Assembly: GCA_046339595.1 (NCBI GenBank)
Contig: JBKDUF010000011.1
Span: forward strand, 14,009-78,008
Length of the DNA stretch: 64,000 nt
Source of the DNA: Betaproteobacteria bacterium
GTDB taxonomy: Bacteria; Pseudomonadota; Gammaproteobacteria; Burkholderiales; SG8-41
Reading direction: 5' to 3'
Shown: one piece after another, positions 47,196-56,148 of the stretch
Layout of the letters: each line of letters begins with the position of its first letter
Numbering within the stretch: position 1 is the stretch's first letter
Position numbers and translations under genes: made by a program
Notes under the pieces: model-generated
What the model was told of the DNA's origin: nothing
The model's database searches: none
The model's input: only the letters and a program-made list of their open reading frames with translations

Positions 47196-48443
47196 CTACT
47201 TTTTCTCCGGCGCCCCACCCACCATCGACAGCAGGTGTCCGAACTTGCTGCGTTTGGTGGCAAGGTAGTTCTCGTTGGCCTTGCGCGGCGGCACTTCCAC
47301 CGCGACGCGCTCCACCACCTCCAGGCCGTAGTCGGCGAGCGCCGCGACCTTGTCGGGGTTGTTGGTCATCAGGCGCACCTGGCGGGCGCCGAGGTCGGAG
47401 AGGATGTGCGCGCCGGCGCTGTAGTCGCGCATGTCGGCAGCGAAGCCCAGCGCGTGGTTGGCTTCGACGGTGTCGTGGCCCTGGTCCTGCAGCGCGTAGG
47501 CGCGGATCTTGTTGAGGAGCCCGATGCCGCGGCCCTCATCGAACATGTAGACCAGCACGCCGCGGCCGGCTTCTTCGATCTTGCCTAACGCGGCATCGAG
47601 CTGTTCGCCGCAGTCGCAGCGTTCGGAACCGAAGACGTCGCCGGTCAGGCACTGCGAATGCAGGCGCACCAGCACCGGCTCGCCGTTGTTCACTTCACCT
47701 TTCACCAACGCCACAAAGAGCTGGGTCTCGAGGTTGTCGGCGTAGACGATCATCTTGAATTCGCCGGCCTTGCTGGTCGGCAGCACGGTCTCGGCCTTGC
47801 GCCGGATGTCGCGCTCGCGCTCGCGCCAGGCGGCGAGGTCGTTGATCTTGAGGATCAGGATGTTGTGCTTTTGGGCGAAGGCCTCGAGCTCGGCCATGCG
47901 CGCCATGCTGCCGTCGGGATTCATGATCTCGCAGATCACGCCGGCGGGCTTGAGGCCGGCGAGCCGCGCGAGGTCCACCGCGGCTTCGGTGTGGCCGCGC
48001 CGCGACAGCACGCCGCCATCCACCGCGCGCAGGGTCTGCAGGCGGCCGGGGCGGATCAGGTCGGTCGGCTTGGCGTTGTCGGCAATCGCGACCGCGATGG
48101 TGCGCGCGCGGTCATGCGCGGACATGCCCGAGCCCACACCCTCCCGCGCGTCAATCGGCGTGGCAAAGGCGGTGCCGAATTTGGTCTGGTTGCCGGTGTC
48201 ATCCGTGATCAGCGACAGCCCCAGCGTGCGCAGCCGGTCTTCAGTCAGCGCCAGAGACACCAGGCCGCGCGCCTCGGCGGCCATGAAGTTGATCGCCTCG
48301 GGTGTGGCGCGCTCGGCGGCGACATAGAGGTCGCCCTCGTTCTCGCGCTCCTCGCTGTCCACCAGGATCACCATCTCGCCGCGCCGCACGGCCGGCAGCA
48401 CCTGGCCGACGATGGTGTCGCTGAGGCGGGTGTCGGCGTTCAT
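47196..48443 (-). CDS. ribBA: Bifunctional 3,4-dihydroxy-2-butanone-4-phosphate synthase / GTP cyclohydrolase II
   Basis: VDSEERENEGDL and RRGHTEA (RibB part). HSQCLTGDVFGSERCDCG and FDEGRGIGL (RibA part). Confidence 0.95.
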   Translation of the reverse strand: MNADTRLSDTIVGQVLPAVRRGEMVILVDSEERENEGDLYVAAERATPEAINFMAAEARGLVSLALTEDRLRTLGLSLITDDTGNQTKFGTAFATPIDAREGVGSGMSAHDRARTIAVAIADNAKPTDLIRPGRLQTLRAVDGGVLSRRGHTEAAVDLARLAGLKPAGVICEIMNPDGSMARMAELEAFAQKHNILILKINDLAAWRERERDIRRKAETVLPTSKAGEFKMIVYADNLETQLFVALVKGEVNNGEPVLVRLHSQCLTGDVFGSERCDCGEQLDAALGKIEEAGRGVLVYMFDEGRGIGLLNKIRAYALQDQGHDTVEANHALGFAADMRDYSAGAHILSDLGARQVRLMTNNPDKVAALADYGLEVVERVAVEVPPRKANENYLATKRSKFGHLLSMVGGAPEKK

Positions 48444-48484
48444 TGCGGGCGATCTATAAGTACTTGATTTAATTTAATATTTTT

Positions 48485-49114
48485 TTACAGCTTCGAGGCG
48501 ATCAGGCGCAGGAACTCGGCGCGGGTCACATCCTGGTTGAACTCGCCGGTGAAGGCAGAGGACGTGGCCACCGAATGCTGCTTCTGGATGCCGCGCATGA
48601 TCATGCACATGTGCTGGGCTTCGATCACCACCGCCACACCCGCGGGCTGCAGCGTCTCCTGGATGCAGTCGCGGATCTGCACGGTGAGGCGCTCCTGCAC
48701 CTGCAGGCGGCGCGCAAATGCATCCACCACCCTGGGCAGCTTTGACAGGCCGACGATGCGGCCCTTCGGAATATAGGCGACATGTGCCTTGCCGAAGAAC
48801 GGCAGCATGTGGTGCTCACACAGCGAATAGACCTCGATGTCGCGTACGATCACCATCTGCTGGTAATCCTCGGTGAACATCGCGGACTTCAGGATCTGCG
48901 CGGGGTCGAGATCGTAGCCATGGGTCAGGAACTGCAGCGCCTTGGCTACGCGCTCGGGGGTCTTGACCAGGCCCTCGCGGTTCGGGTCCTCGCCGATGTC
49001 CTCAAGGATGCCGGCGTATTTTTTGGCGATGCGGCGGATGGTCTGCGGGTTGTATTGGTCACTGCGGGTGTAACCGTCAATCTGGCCGGTGTTTGCCGTA
49101 CGGGCTTTGCTCAT
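48485..49114 (-). CDS. folE: GTP cyclohydrolase I (FolE)
   Basis: [46 protein letters not shown]. Confidence 0.95.
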   Translation of the reverse strand: MSKARTANTGQIDGYTRSDQYNPQTIRRIAKKYAGILEDIGEDPNREGLVKTPERVAKALQFLTHGYDLDPAQILKSAMFTEDYQQMVIVRDIEVYSLCEHHMLPFFGKAHVAYIPKGRIVGLSKLPRVVDAFARRLQVQERLTVQIRDCIQETLQPAGVAVVIEAQHMCMIMRGIQKQHSVATSSAFTGEFNQDVTRAEFLRLIASKL

Positions 49115-49116
49115 GT

Positions 49117-50979
49117 TCAGATCCTCTTCGAGGTTTTGCCGGTGGCCATGGTCGCCAGCCGGTTGCGGATGGACTGGGCGATACCCTCTGCATCAAGCCC
49201 CACGCTCGCCAGTTGCAGCGCCGGATCACCCTGCTCGATAAAGCGGTCGGGCAGCCCCAGCTGCAGCACCTGCACGGTGAGGCCCTGGCGCTCCAGCACT
49301 TCCATCACCGCGCTGCCGGCGCCGCCCATGATCACGTTCTCCTCGACCGTGACGAGCAGGGAGTGGGTCAGCGCGAGGTCGCGCACCAGCGCCTCGTCAA
49401 GCGGCTTCACAAAGCGCATGTTGGCGACGGTGGCGTCGAACTCGTCGGCAATCGCCTGCGCCGGTGCCAGCATCGAACCGAAGCCGAGGATCGCGACCAG
49501 GCCGCTGCCGCGGCGGCGTACTTCGCCCTTGCCCAGCGGCAGCGCAGTGATGTCCTTCTGCACCGGCACGCCGGGGCCACTGCCGCGCGGATAGCGCACG
49601 GCCGCCGGGCTGTTCATCTGGAACGCGGTGGTGAGCATCTGCCGGCATTCGTTTTCGTCGGCTGGCGTCATCACCGTCATGTTGGGCAGGCAGCGCAGGT
49701 AACTCAGGTCGAAGCTGCCGTTGTGGGTGGCGCCGTCAGCGCCGACGAGGCCGCCGCGGTCGAGTGCAAACACCACCGGCAGGTTCTGGATCTGCACGTC
49801 GTGGATCAACTGGTCGTAGCCGCGCTGCAGGAAGGTTGAGTAGATCGCCACCACAGGTTTGTAGCCCTCGCAGGCAATGCCGGCGGCGAAGGTCACCGCA
49901 TGCTGTTCCGCGATGCCCACATCGAAGTAGCGCTTGGGAAACTGCTGCGCGAACTTGACCATGCCCGAGCCTTCGCGCATCGCCGGGGTGATGGCCACCA
50001 GCCGCGGATCCTTCTCCGCCATGTCGCAGAGCCAGTCGCCGAAGACCTGGGTGTAGGTTGGCTTGCCGCCGGACTTGCCGCCCGCGATGCCAGCCTTGTG
50101 GTCGAACTTTGACACGCCGTGGTAGAGAATGGGATCGGCCTCGGCCAGCTTGTAGCCCTGGCCCTTCTTCGTGACCACGTGCAGGAACTGCGGGCCCTTC
50201 AGGCGCTTGATGTTGTGCAGCGTGGGCAGCAGCGCATCAAGGTCGTGGCCGTCGATGGGCCCGATATAGTTGAAGCCGAACTCCTCGAACATCGTGCCCG
50301 GCGTGACCATGCCCTTGACGTGCTCCTCGGCGCGTCGCGCGAGGTCACCCAGCACCTTGGTGCCGAGGTCCTTGGCGGCTGCGTAGAAACGGCCCGACAT
50401 CAGCTTGGCGAGGTACTTGTTCAGCGCGCCCACCGGCGGCGAGATCGACATGTCGTTGTCGTTGAGGATCACCAGCAGGTCAACGTCCATGTCGCCGGCG
50501 TTGTTCAGGGCCTCGAAAGCCATGCCCGCGCTCATCGCGCCGTCGCCGATGATCGCCACCGCTCGGCGCGGCTCGCCCTTGAGCCTGGCCGCGACCGCCA
50601 TACCCAGCGCGGCGCTGATCGAGGTGCTCGAGTGCGCGGTGCCGAAGGTGTCGTATTCGGATTCGGTGCGCTGCGGGAAGCCGGACAGGCCCTGCCACAT
50701 GCGCAGGCTCTTCATGCGCTCGCGGCGACCGGTCAGGATCTTGTGGCCGTAGGTCTGGTGGCCGACATCCCAAACCAGGCGGTCGTGCGGCGTGTCGAAC
50801 ACGTAATGCAGCGCGATGGTGAGTTCCACCGTGCCGAGGTTGGACGAGAGATGGCCGCCGGTCTGGCTCACCGACTCGACCAGGTATTGACGCAGTTCGC
50901 CTGCGAGCCGCGGCAGCTGGCTGCGCTCGAGCTGGCGCAGGTCCGCCGGCGAATTGATCGTTTTCAGCAGTTCGTACAT
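49117..50979 (-). CDS. dxs: 1-deoxy-D-xylulose-5-phosphate synthase
   Basis: [17 protein letters not shown]..., [52 protein letters not shown]. Start chosen at 50979, with 51027 as an alternative. The 732-aa track ORF runs into ispA and is rejected. Confidence 0.93.
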   Translation of the reverse strand: MYELLKTINSPADLRQLERSQLPRLAGELRQYLVESVSQTGGHLSSNLGTVELTIALHYVFDTPHDRLVWDVGHQTYGHKILTGRRERMKSLRMWQGLSGFPQRTESEYDTFGTAHSSTSISAALGMAVAARLKGEPRRAVAIIGDGAMSAGMAFEALNNAGDMDVDLLVILNDNDMSISPPVGALNKYLAKLMSGRFYAAAKDLGTKVLGDLARRAEEHVKGMVTPGTMFEEFGFNYIGPIDGHDLDALLPTLHNIKRLKGPQFLHVVTKKGQGYKLAEADPILYHGVSKFDHKAGIAGGKSGGKPTYTQVFGDWLCDMAEKDPRLVAITPAMREGSGMVKFAQQFPKRYFDVGIAEQHAVTFAAGIACEGYKPVVAIYSTFLQRGYDQLIHDVQIQNLPVVFALDRGGLVGADGATHNGSFDLSYLRCLPNMTVMTPADENECRQMLTTAFQMNSPAAVRYPRGSGPGVPVQKDITALPLGKGEVRRRGSGLVAILGFGSMLAPAQAIADEFDATVANMRFVKPLDEALVRDLALTHSLLVTVEENVIMGGAGSAVMEVLERQGLTVQVLQLGLPDRFIEQGDPALQLASVGLDAEGIAQSIRNRLATMATGKTSKRI

Positions 50980-51055
50980 CGGCCGCTCCGCGTCGCCTGC
51001 GCCTGCAATGGTCAGTGTGCTGCTCATCGTCGCGCACTCATTGTCATCGATTGTC

Positions 51056-51952
51056 TCAGAACTTGCGCAGCACGATGAAATCGGCGAGTTGTGCCAGCCG
51101 CGTGGCGCGCGCACCAAAAGGCGCGATGGCCGCATGGGCTTGTTCGCGCAACTGCCCTGCCAGTGCACGGGCCTGGGCAATACCCATGGCGCTGACATAG
51201 GTGGGCTTACCCTGCACGGCATCCTTGCCCGCGGTCTTGCCCAGTGTGGCCGAGGGTGTGTCGGCATCGAGCACGTCATCCACCACCTGGAACGCCAGAC
51301 CCACCGCCTTGGCATAGGTATCGATGCGCGTCAGTTCGCCCGCGCCGAGCCCGCCGCCGCAGCGCGCACCGAGTACGGCCGCGGCACGGATCAGCGCGCC
51401 GGTCTTGTGGATATGCATGAATTCAAGTTCCGGCACGCTCAGGGTCTGGCCCACCGCGGCAAGGTCAATGGCCTGGCCGCCGGCCATGCCGCGCGAGCCC
51501 GAGGCCGCCGCCAGCAGCTTGACCATCTCGAGCTGCGCCGCGGGGTCATCGGCCAGGCGGTATTCTCCCATCAACTGAAAGGCGAGGCTTTGCAGTGCAT
51601 CGCCGACGAGCAGCGCGACGGCTTCGTCGAATTCGACATGGCAGGTCGGCTTGCCCCGGCGCAGCACGTCGTCGTCCATGCACGGCAGGTCGTCGTGTAC
51701 CAGCGAATAGCAGTGGATCAGTTCGACCGCGGCGGCGGCAACGGTGACCCGCTCGGGATCGGCCTGTGACACCTCGCCGGCGGCATAGGCGAGCAGCGGG
51801 CGTACGCGCTTGCCGGCGCCGAGCGCGGCATAACGCATCGCCGCGTGCAGGCGCTGCGGCGCGATCTCCGGCGCAGGCAGCGCTTTCTGCAAAAAGGCTT
51901 CGATGCGGGCCTGCCCGGCGGCAGTCCAGGACTGGAAATCGGCAGCGGTCAC
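51056..51952 (-). CDS. ispA: Farnesyl diphosphate synthase (polyprenyl synthetase family)
   Basis: First and second Asp-rich motifs [19 protein letters not shown] and FQVVDDVLD. The xseB-ispA-dxs gene order is the usual one. Confidence 0.93.
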   Translation of the reverse strand: MTAADFQSWTAAGQARIEAFLQKALPAPEIAPQRLHAAMRYAALGAGKRVRPLLAYAAGEVSQADPERVTVAAAAVELIHCYSLVHDDLPCMDDDVLRRGKPTCHVEFDEAVALLVGDALQSLAFQLMGEYRLADDPAAQLEMVKLLAAASGSRGMAGGQAIDLAAVGQTLSVPELEFMHIHKTGALIRAAAVLGARCGGGLGAGELTRIDTYAKAVGLAFQVVDDVLDADTPSATLGKTAGKDAVQGKPTYVSAMGIAQARALAGQLREQAHAAIAPFGARATRLAQLADFIVLRKF

Positions 51953-51985
51953 GATGGGAAGCGAGGGAAGCGGATGGGCTTGCGC

Positions 51986-52222
51986 TTACTGCTCGGTCGC
52001 GCCGAAGTTTTTCAGCACGCCGTTTTCGAGGATCTTCACCTGCTGCTGGGCATCCTGCAGGCGGGATTGGCAGAACTTGAGCAGGTCGGCGCCACGCTTG
52101 TACGCGGTGAGCGACTCTTCGAGCGGCATCCGCCCCTCTTCCATCGCCTCGACAATTTTTTCTAGCTCGGCCAGCGCGGATTCAAAGCTGGGCTCGGCGG
52201 CGTTTTTGCTTGTTTTGGACAT
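51986..52222 (-). CDS. xseB: Exodeoxyribonuclease VII small subunit
   Basis: 78 aa. FESALAELEKIVEAMEEGRMPLEESLTAYKRGADLLKFCQSRL. Confidence 0.93.
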   Translation of the reverse strand: MSKTSKNAAEPSFESALAELEKIVEAMEEGRMPLEESLTAYKRGADLLKFCQSRLQDAQQQVKILENGVLKNFGATEQ

Positions 52223-52387
52223 GCCGGTGAACCCCGCGAAAAGGATCAGAAATGTAACGCAATCAGGGGCTTGCGGTCAATGCGCGGACACCACTGCAAG
52301 CCGGCTCAGGCATACTTCGCCAACCGGGTTGTAAGGGCGCAGCCGCTGCGCCGACTCAAGCCCGAACCCCTTGCGGAGAGTCATCCC

Positions 52388-53353
52388 ATGCACGCCATGC
52401 TGCCCCTGCTTGAACAGAGCGACTTTCCGGCCATCCGCCGGCGGGCGCCGGACACCCTGCAGGTCAACCTTGGCTACAAATGCAACCAGAGCTGCCTGCA
52501 TTGCCATGTCAACGCCGGGCCGACACGCACCGAGCTGATGGCGCGCGAGACCATCTTCGAGGTGGTTGCCTTTCTCAAGGCGGCGCGGATCCGGACACTC
52601 GACATTACCGGCGGCGCACCGGAACTCAATCCGCATTTCCGCCTGCTGGTGGAATCGGCACGCCAGCTCGGCGTGCGCGTGATCGACCGCTGCAACCTGA
52701 CCATCCTGTTCGAACCCGGCCACGAAGACCTGGCGGAATTTTTCGCCGCGCAGCAGGTCGAGATCACCGCCTCGATGCCCTGTTACCTGGAGGACAACGT
52801 GGATCGCCAGCGTGGCGACGGCGTGTTCAAGTCCAGCATCCGCGCGCTGCAAACCCTCAATGCGCTGGGCTACGGCCGGCCCGGCACCGGCCTTGTGCTG
52901 AACCTGGTCTACAACCCGCAGGGGCCCGTGCTGCCGCCGCCGCAGGCGCCACTGGAGAGGGACTACAAGCAGCACCTGGGTGAAGCCCACGGCATCGTCT
53001 TCAACCAGCTTTACGTGCTGGCCAACATGCCGATCCAGCGCTTTGGCAGCACGCTGGTGAGCAAGGGCCAGTTCGATCCCTACATGCAATTGTTGAAGAG
53101 CACCAGCCGCACCGAAAACCTGGAGACCGTGATGTGCCGCACGCTGCTGTCGGTGGACTGGCAGGGTTATGTCTACGACTGCGATTTCAACCAGATGCTC
53201 GGCCTGCCGCTGGCCTGGAAGGGCAAACCGCGCACGCACCTGCGCGAGCTGCTCGGCGCCGACCTCGACGGCAACCCGATCGCCGTGCGCGACCACTGCT
53301 ACGGCTGCACCGCCGGCCAGGGCTCGAGCTGCGGCGGTGCGCTGGAAAAATGA
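52388..53353 (+). CDS. arsS: Radical SAM/Cys-rich-domain protein of the ArsS type (annotated in databases as arsenosugar biosynthesis radical SAM (seleno)protein)
   Basis: The radical-SAM cluster is NLGYKCNQSCLHCH (CxxxCxxC). The C-terminal Cys-rich tail is DHCYGCTAGQGSSCGGAL. Start at MHAMLPLLEQSDFP (52388). Confidence 0.8.
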   Translation: MHAMLPLLEQSDFPAIRRRAPDTLQVNLGYKCNQSCLHCHVNAGPTRTELMARETIFEVVAFLKAARIRTLDITGGAPELNPHFRLLVESARQLGVRVIDRCNLTILFEPGHEDLAEFFAAQQVEITASMPCYLEDNVDRQRGDGVFKSSIRALQTLNALGYGRPGTGLVLNLVYNPQGPVLPPPQAPLERDYKQHLGEAHGIVFNQLYVLANMPIQRFGSTLVSKGQFDPYMQLLKSTSRTENLETVMCRTLLSVDWQGYVYDCDFNQMLGLPLAWKGKPRTHLRELLGADLDGNPIAVRDHCYGCTAGQGSSCGGALEK

Positions 53354-53384
53354 TCACCCGCCCTTCCACCGAGGAATCATCACC

Positions 53385-54269
53385 ATGAACTTTCGTATGT
53401 GGGTCGCAGGATGTGCCGCCCTTCTGCTCGGTTTCGGCACACAGGCCATTGCCCAATCCTCCCAATCCGGCACCCTGCGCTTCGGTGTAGGCCTGTTCCA
53501 GCCGGACAAGGAACGCAACGACGCCACCTACCGGCCACTCGCCGACCATCTGGCGCAGCAACTCGGCCGCAAGGTCGAACTGCGCACCGTCGATACCTGG
53601 GAAGGGCTCGCGCTGTCGCTCGCCAACGGCGAAACCGACATCGCGCTGATGGGGCCTTGGGGTTATGTGCTGGCCAATCACCAGGCCGGCGCGCAGGCGG
53701 TATCCACCATCCTCTATGACGGCAAACCGGAATACTTCGCGATCATCGTCACCCACCCGAAAAGCGGCATCCAGCGCCTGGATGACCTGAAGGGACGCAG
53801 CTTCGCTTTCGGCGACAAGGGCTCGACCTCGGGTTATCTGATTCCCTTCCACCAGTTCCAGCGCATGGGTATCGATCCCGACAAATTTTTCAGCCGTGTG
53901 CTCTACACCCGACACCAGGCGATCCAGACCCAGGTCACGCGTGGCGAGCTCGATGCCGGCGCCGATTTCAACCGCAACCGCGACACCATGATCAGCGAAG
54001 GCCTGATCAGGGCCGAGGACAGCCGCATCATCTGGACCTCTGCGCCGCTGCCCAACGACGCCGTCGCCGTCAACACCACGCTGGCGAAGGATGCCGCCTT
54101 TGTTGCAAGGCTGCGCAAAGCGCTGGAAGGCGTGGGCCCGGCGCTGGCCAGCAACCCGAAACTGCTGCCTCCGCGTTACACCGGGTTCGTGTCCCGCGAC
54201 AACGGCTTCTACAAGCCGATCCGCGACGCCGGCCTTGAGACCGGGAAGCTGACCCCGGCCAAACGCTGA
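53385..54269 (+). CDS. PhnD-like periplasmic substrate-binding protein, paralog of 33238..34140
   Basis: Signal peptide MNFRMWVAGCAALLLGFGTQAIA. LRFGVGLFQ...TDIALMGPWGYV...FAFGDKGSTSGYLIP matches the PhnD family pattern. A GAGGAA RBS is present. Confidence 0.75.
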   Translation: MNFRMWVAGCAALLLGFGTQAIAQSSQSGTLRFGVGLFQPDKERNDATYRPLADHLAQQLGRKVELRTVDTWEGLALSLANGETDIALMGPWGYVLANHQAGAQAVSTILYDGKPEYFAIIVTHPKSGIQRLDDLKGRSFAFGDKGSTSGYLIPFHQFQRMGIDPDKFFSRVLYTRHQAIQTQVTRGELDAGADFNRNRDTMISEGLIRAEDSRIIWTSAPLPNDAVAVNTTLAKDAAFVARLRKALEGVGPALASNPKLLPPRYTGFVSRDNGFYKPIRDAGLETGKLTPAKR

Positions 54270-54272
54270 GCG

Positions 54273-55151
54273 ATGTTCAAGTCCGGCACGGATCGCACGC
54301 TGCACACCTGGATCGGGGCCTACCTGCTGCTGGTCGCGCTGATCATCAGCCAGTTCATCGCGGCTGGCGATTTCTCCTTCGGCCGCAAGCCCTGGGAGAA
54401 TTTCAAGAAAACCGCGGCCGAGCTGTCGCAGCCGAGTTTTCTCAACATCTGGTTTGGCTCCGATCGCGTTGAATACCGCTCCGATGACGGCCGCGTGCTG
54501 CGGGTGGAGAACCCGCGCGAACGCGAGCGCGAGTTCCTGGCTGCGCTCGGACGCGCAACCTGGACCACCTTCCAGGTGGCCACCCTGGGCTCGTTGCTCG
54601 CCGCCGTGGCTGCGCTGCCCTTCGGCCTGGCCGCGGCACGCAACATGATGTTGCCGCCCGTCATCGCGCAGACGGCGCGGGTCACGCTCGACGTGTTCCG
54701 CTCCATCCATACGCTGGTGTTCGGCCTGCTCTTCGTCGGCGTGATCGGCCTCGGGCCCATGGCCGGCGTATTGGCCATCGCCGCGCACTCCTTCGGCACC
54801 TACGGAAAGCTCTACGCCGAATCCATCGAGACCGCCGATGCCCGCCTGATCCAGTCGGGTGTGGCGCTGGGCCTGAGCCCGCTGCAGACCCTGGTCTACG
54901 GTCTGTGGCGCACCATGCTGCCGCGCTGGATTTCGGTGCACCTGTATGTCTGGGAATTCAATGTCCGCGACTCCACCGTGCTCGGTCTTATTGGCGCCGG
55001 CGGCCTGGGCCTCCTGCTGTCGGAAGCGGTATCGTTGTTCCAGTGGGGACGGCTGGCGACGATCCTGATCGCGATCGTGGCACTGGTGGTCGCCTTCGAC
55101 AACCTGAGCCGCCACATCCGCCACGCCGTCAACCGGCCGCGGGAGCACTGA
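54273..55151 (+). CDS. PhnE-like ABC transporter permease (no cognate ATPase gene adjacent)
   Basis: Polytopic protein. The conserved block is YVWEFNVRDSTVLGLIGAGGLG (compare the PhnE copies at 35-36.7 kb). There is a 3-nt gap after the binding-protein gene. Confidence 0.75.
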   Translation: MFKSGTDRTLHTWIGAYLLLVALIISQFIAAGDFSFGRKPWENFKKTAAELSQPSFLNIWFGSDRVEYRSDDGRVLRVENPREREREFLAALGRATWTTFQVATLGSLLAAVAALPFGLAAARNMMLPPVIAQTARVTLDVFRSIHTLVFGLLFVGVIGLGPMAGVLAIAAHSFGTYGKLYAESIETADARLIQSGVALGLSPLQTLVYGLWRTMLPRWISVHLYVWEFNVRDSTVLGLIGAGGLGLLLSEAVSLFQWGRLATILIAIVALVVAFDNLSRHIRHAVNRPREH

Positions 55152-55152
55152 C

Positions 55153-56148
55153 ATGAACGATACCCACCCGGGCCGCAGCTGCCCGCTGCATTACCGTTAC
55201 GCGGCATCCTCGCTCGATCGCGCGCCGGAAATCACGACTGACACGCTGTATGTCGCAGGCGGGCTCTACGGCAACCGGCCCGCGCTGCACGCGCTAGAAG
55301 CCATGGCCGCGCAGGAGGACGCAGTCCTCGCATTCAACGGGGACTTCAACTGGTTCAACATCGATGCCGCAGCGTTCGCCGACATCAACAGCGGCGTGCT
55401 GCGCCACCATGCGCTGCGCGGCAACGTCGAGACCGAACTCGCCGGGGACGATGACGGCGCCGGCTGCGGCTGCGGGTATCCGGCCACGGTCGGCGACGCC
55501 GAGGTCGCCCGCTCCAACGCCATCCTTGCCAGGCTGCGCGAAACCGCGCGCGCCGCGCTATCACTGCGCGCACGCCTGGCTGCGCTGCCAATGACACTCA
55601 CCGCCGAGGTCGGTGGCCTGCGCGTGGCCCTGGTCCACGGCGACTGCGAATCGCTCGCCGGCTGGAGTTACGATGAATCGGCCCTGCGCGATGCTGCCGG
55701 CGTCGGCCGGGTGGCCGCGCATTGCGCGTCCGCCCGCGCCCGCGTGGTCGCCAGCAGCCATACCTGCCTGCCGGTGGCACTGCGCTTCAGGGCCGGCGGC
55801 CGCGACTGCGCGCTGTTCAACAACGGCGCCGCGGGCATGCCCAACTTCGCCGGCACCGGCTTCGGCATCGTCACCCGCATCGCGACAAGCCCGGCGCCGC
55901 TGCCCGCGCTCTACGGCACGGTGCTCGACGGCGTATATATCGACGCGCTGCCGCTGCATTACAACCGCGAGGCCTGGCAGCACGAGTTCGACGCGCAATG
56001 GCCCGAGGGCAGTGATGGCGCGATGTCCTACGCCGCGCGCATCCGCAACGGCCCGCGCTACGGGCTCAACCGCGCCATGGGGAACGGTATCCGGGTCAAC
56101 AGCAGCCTGCTGCAGCAACTGCAATCCGTTTCAGCAAAGGAAGAATAA
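55153..56148 (+). CDS. Metallophosphoesterase-like protein with degenerate active-site motifs
   Basis: Motif-like blocks are, in order: YVAGGLYGN (DxH lost), FNGDFNWF (GD kept), LRGNVETE (GNHE to GNVE), LVHGD, and SSHTC (GHxH to SHTC). The alignment was done by eye only. Confidence 0.5.
   Translation: MNDTHPGRSCPLHYRYAASSLDRAPEITTDTLYVAGGLYGNRPALHALEAMAAQEDAVLAFNGDFNWFNIDAAAFADINSGVLRHHALRGNVETELAGDDDGAGCGCGYPATVGDAEVARSNAILARLRETARAALSLRARLAALPMTLTAEVGGLRVALVHGDCESLAGWSYDESALRDAAGVGRVAAHCASARARVVASSHTCLPVALRFRAGGRDCALFNNGAAGMPNFAGTGFGIVTRIATSPAPLPALYGTVLDGVYIDALPLHYNREAWQHEFDAQWPEGSDGAMSYAARIRNGPRYGLNRAMGNGIRVNSSLLQQLQSVSAKEE

Noticed and set aside
48444-48484. FMN riboswitch upstream of ribBA
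   Set aside because: Only 41 nt separate folE and ribBA, which is far too short for an RFN element.
53330-53332. Selenocysteine recoding in ArsS
   Set aside because: The codon is TGC (Cys). There is no in-frame TGA and no SECIS-like requirement.
53187-55154. 655-aa minus-strand ORF
   Set aside because: It is a shadow ORF opposite the PhnD-like and PhnE-like genes, with low-complexity composition.
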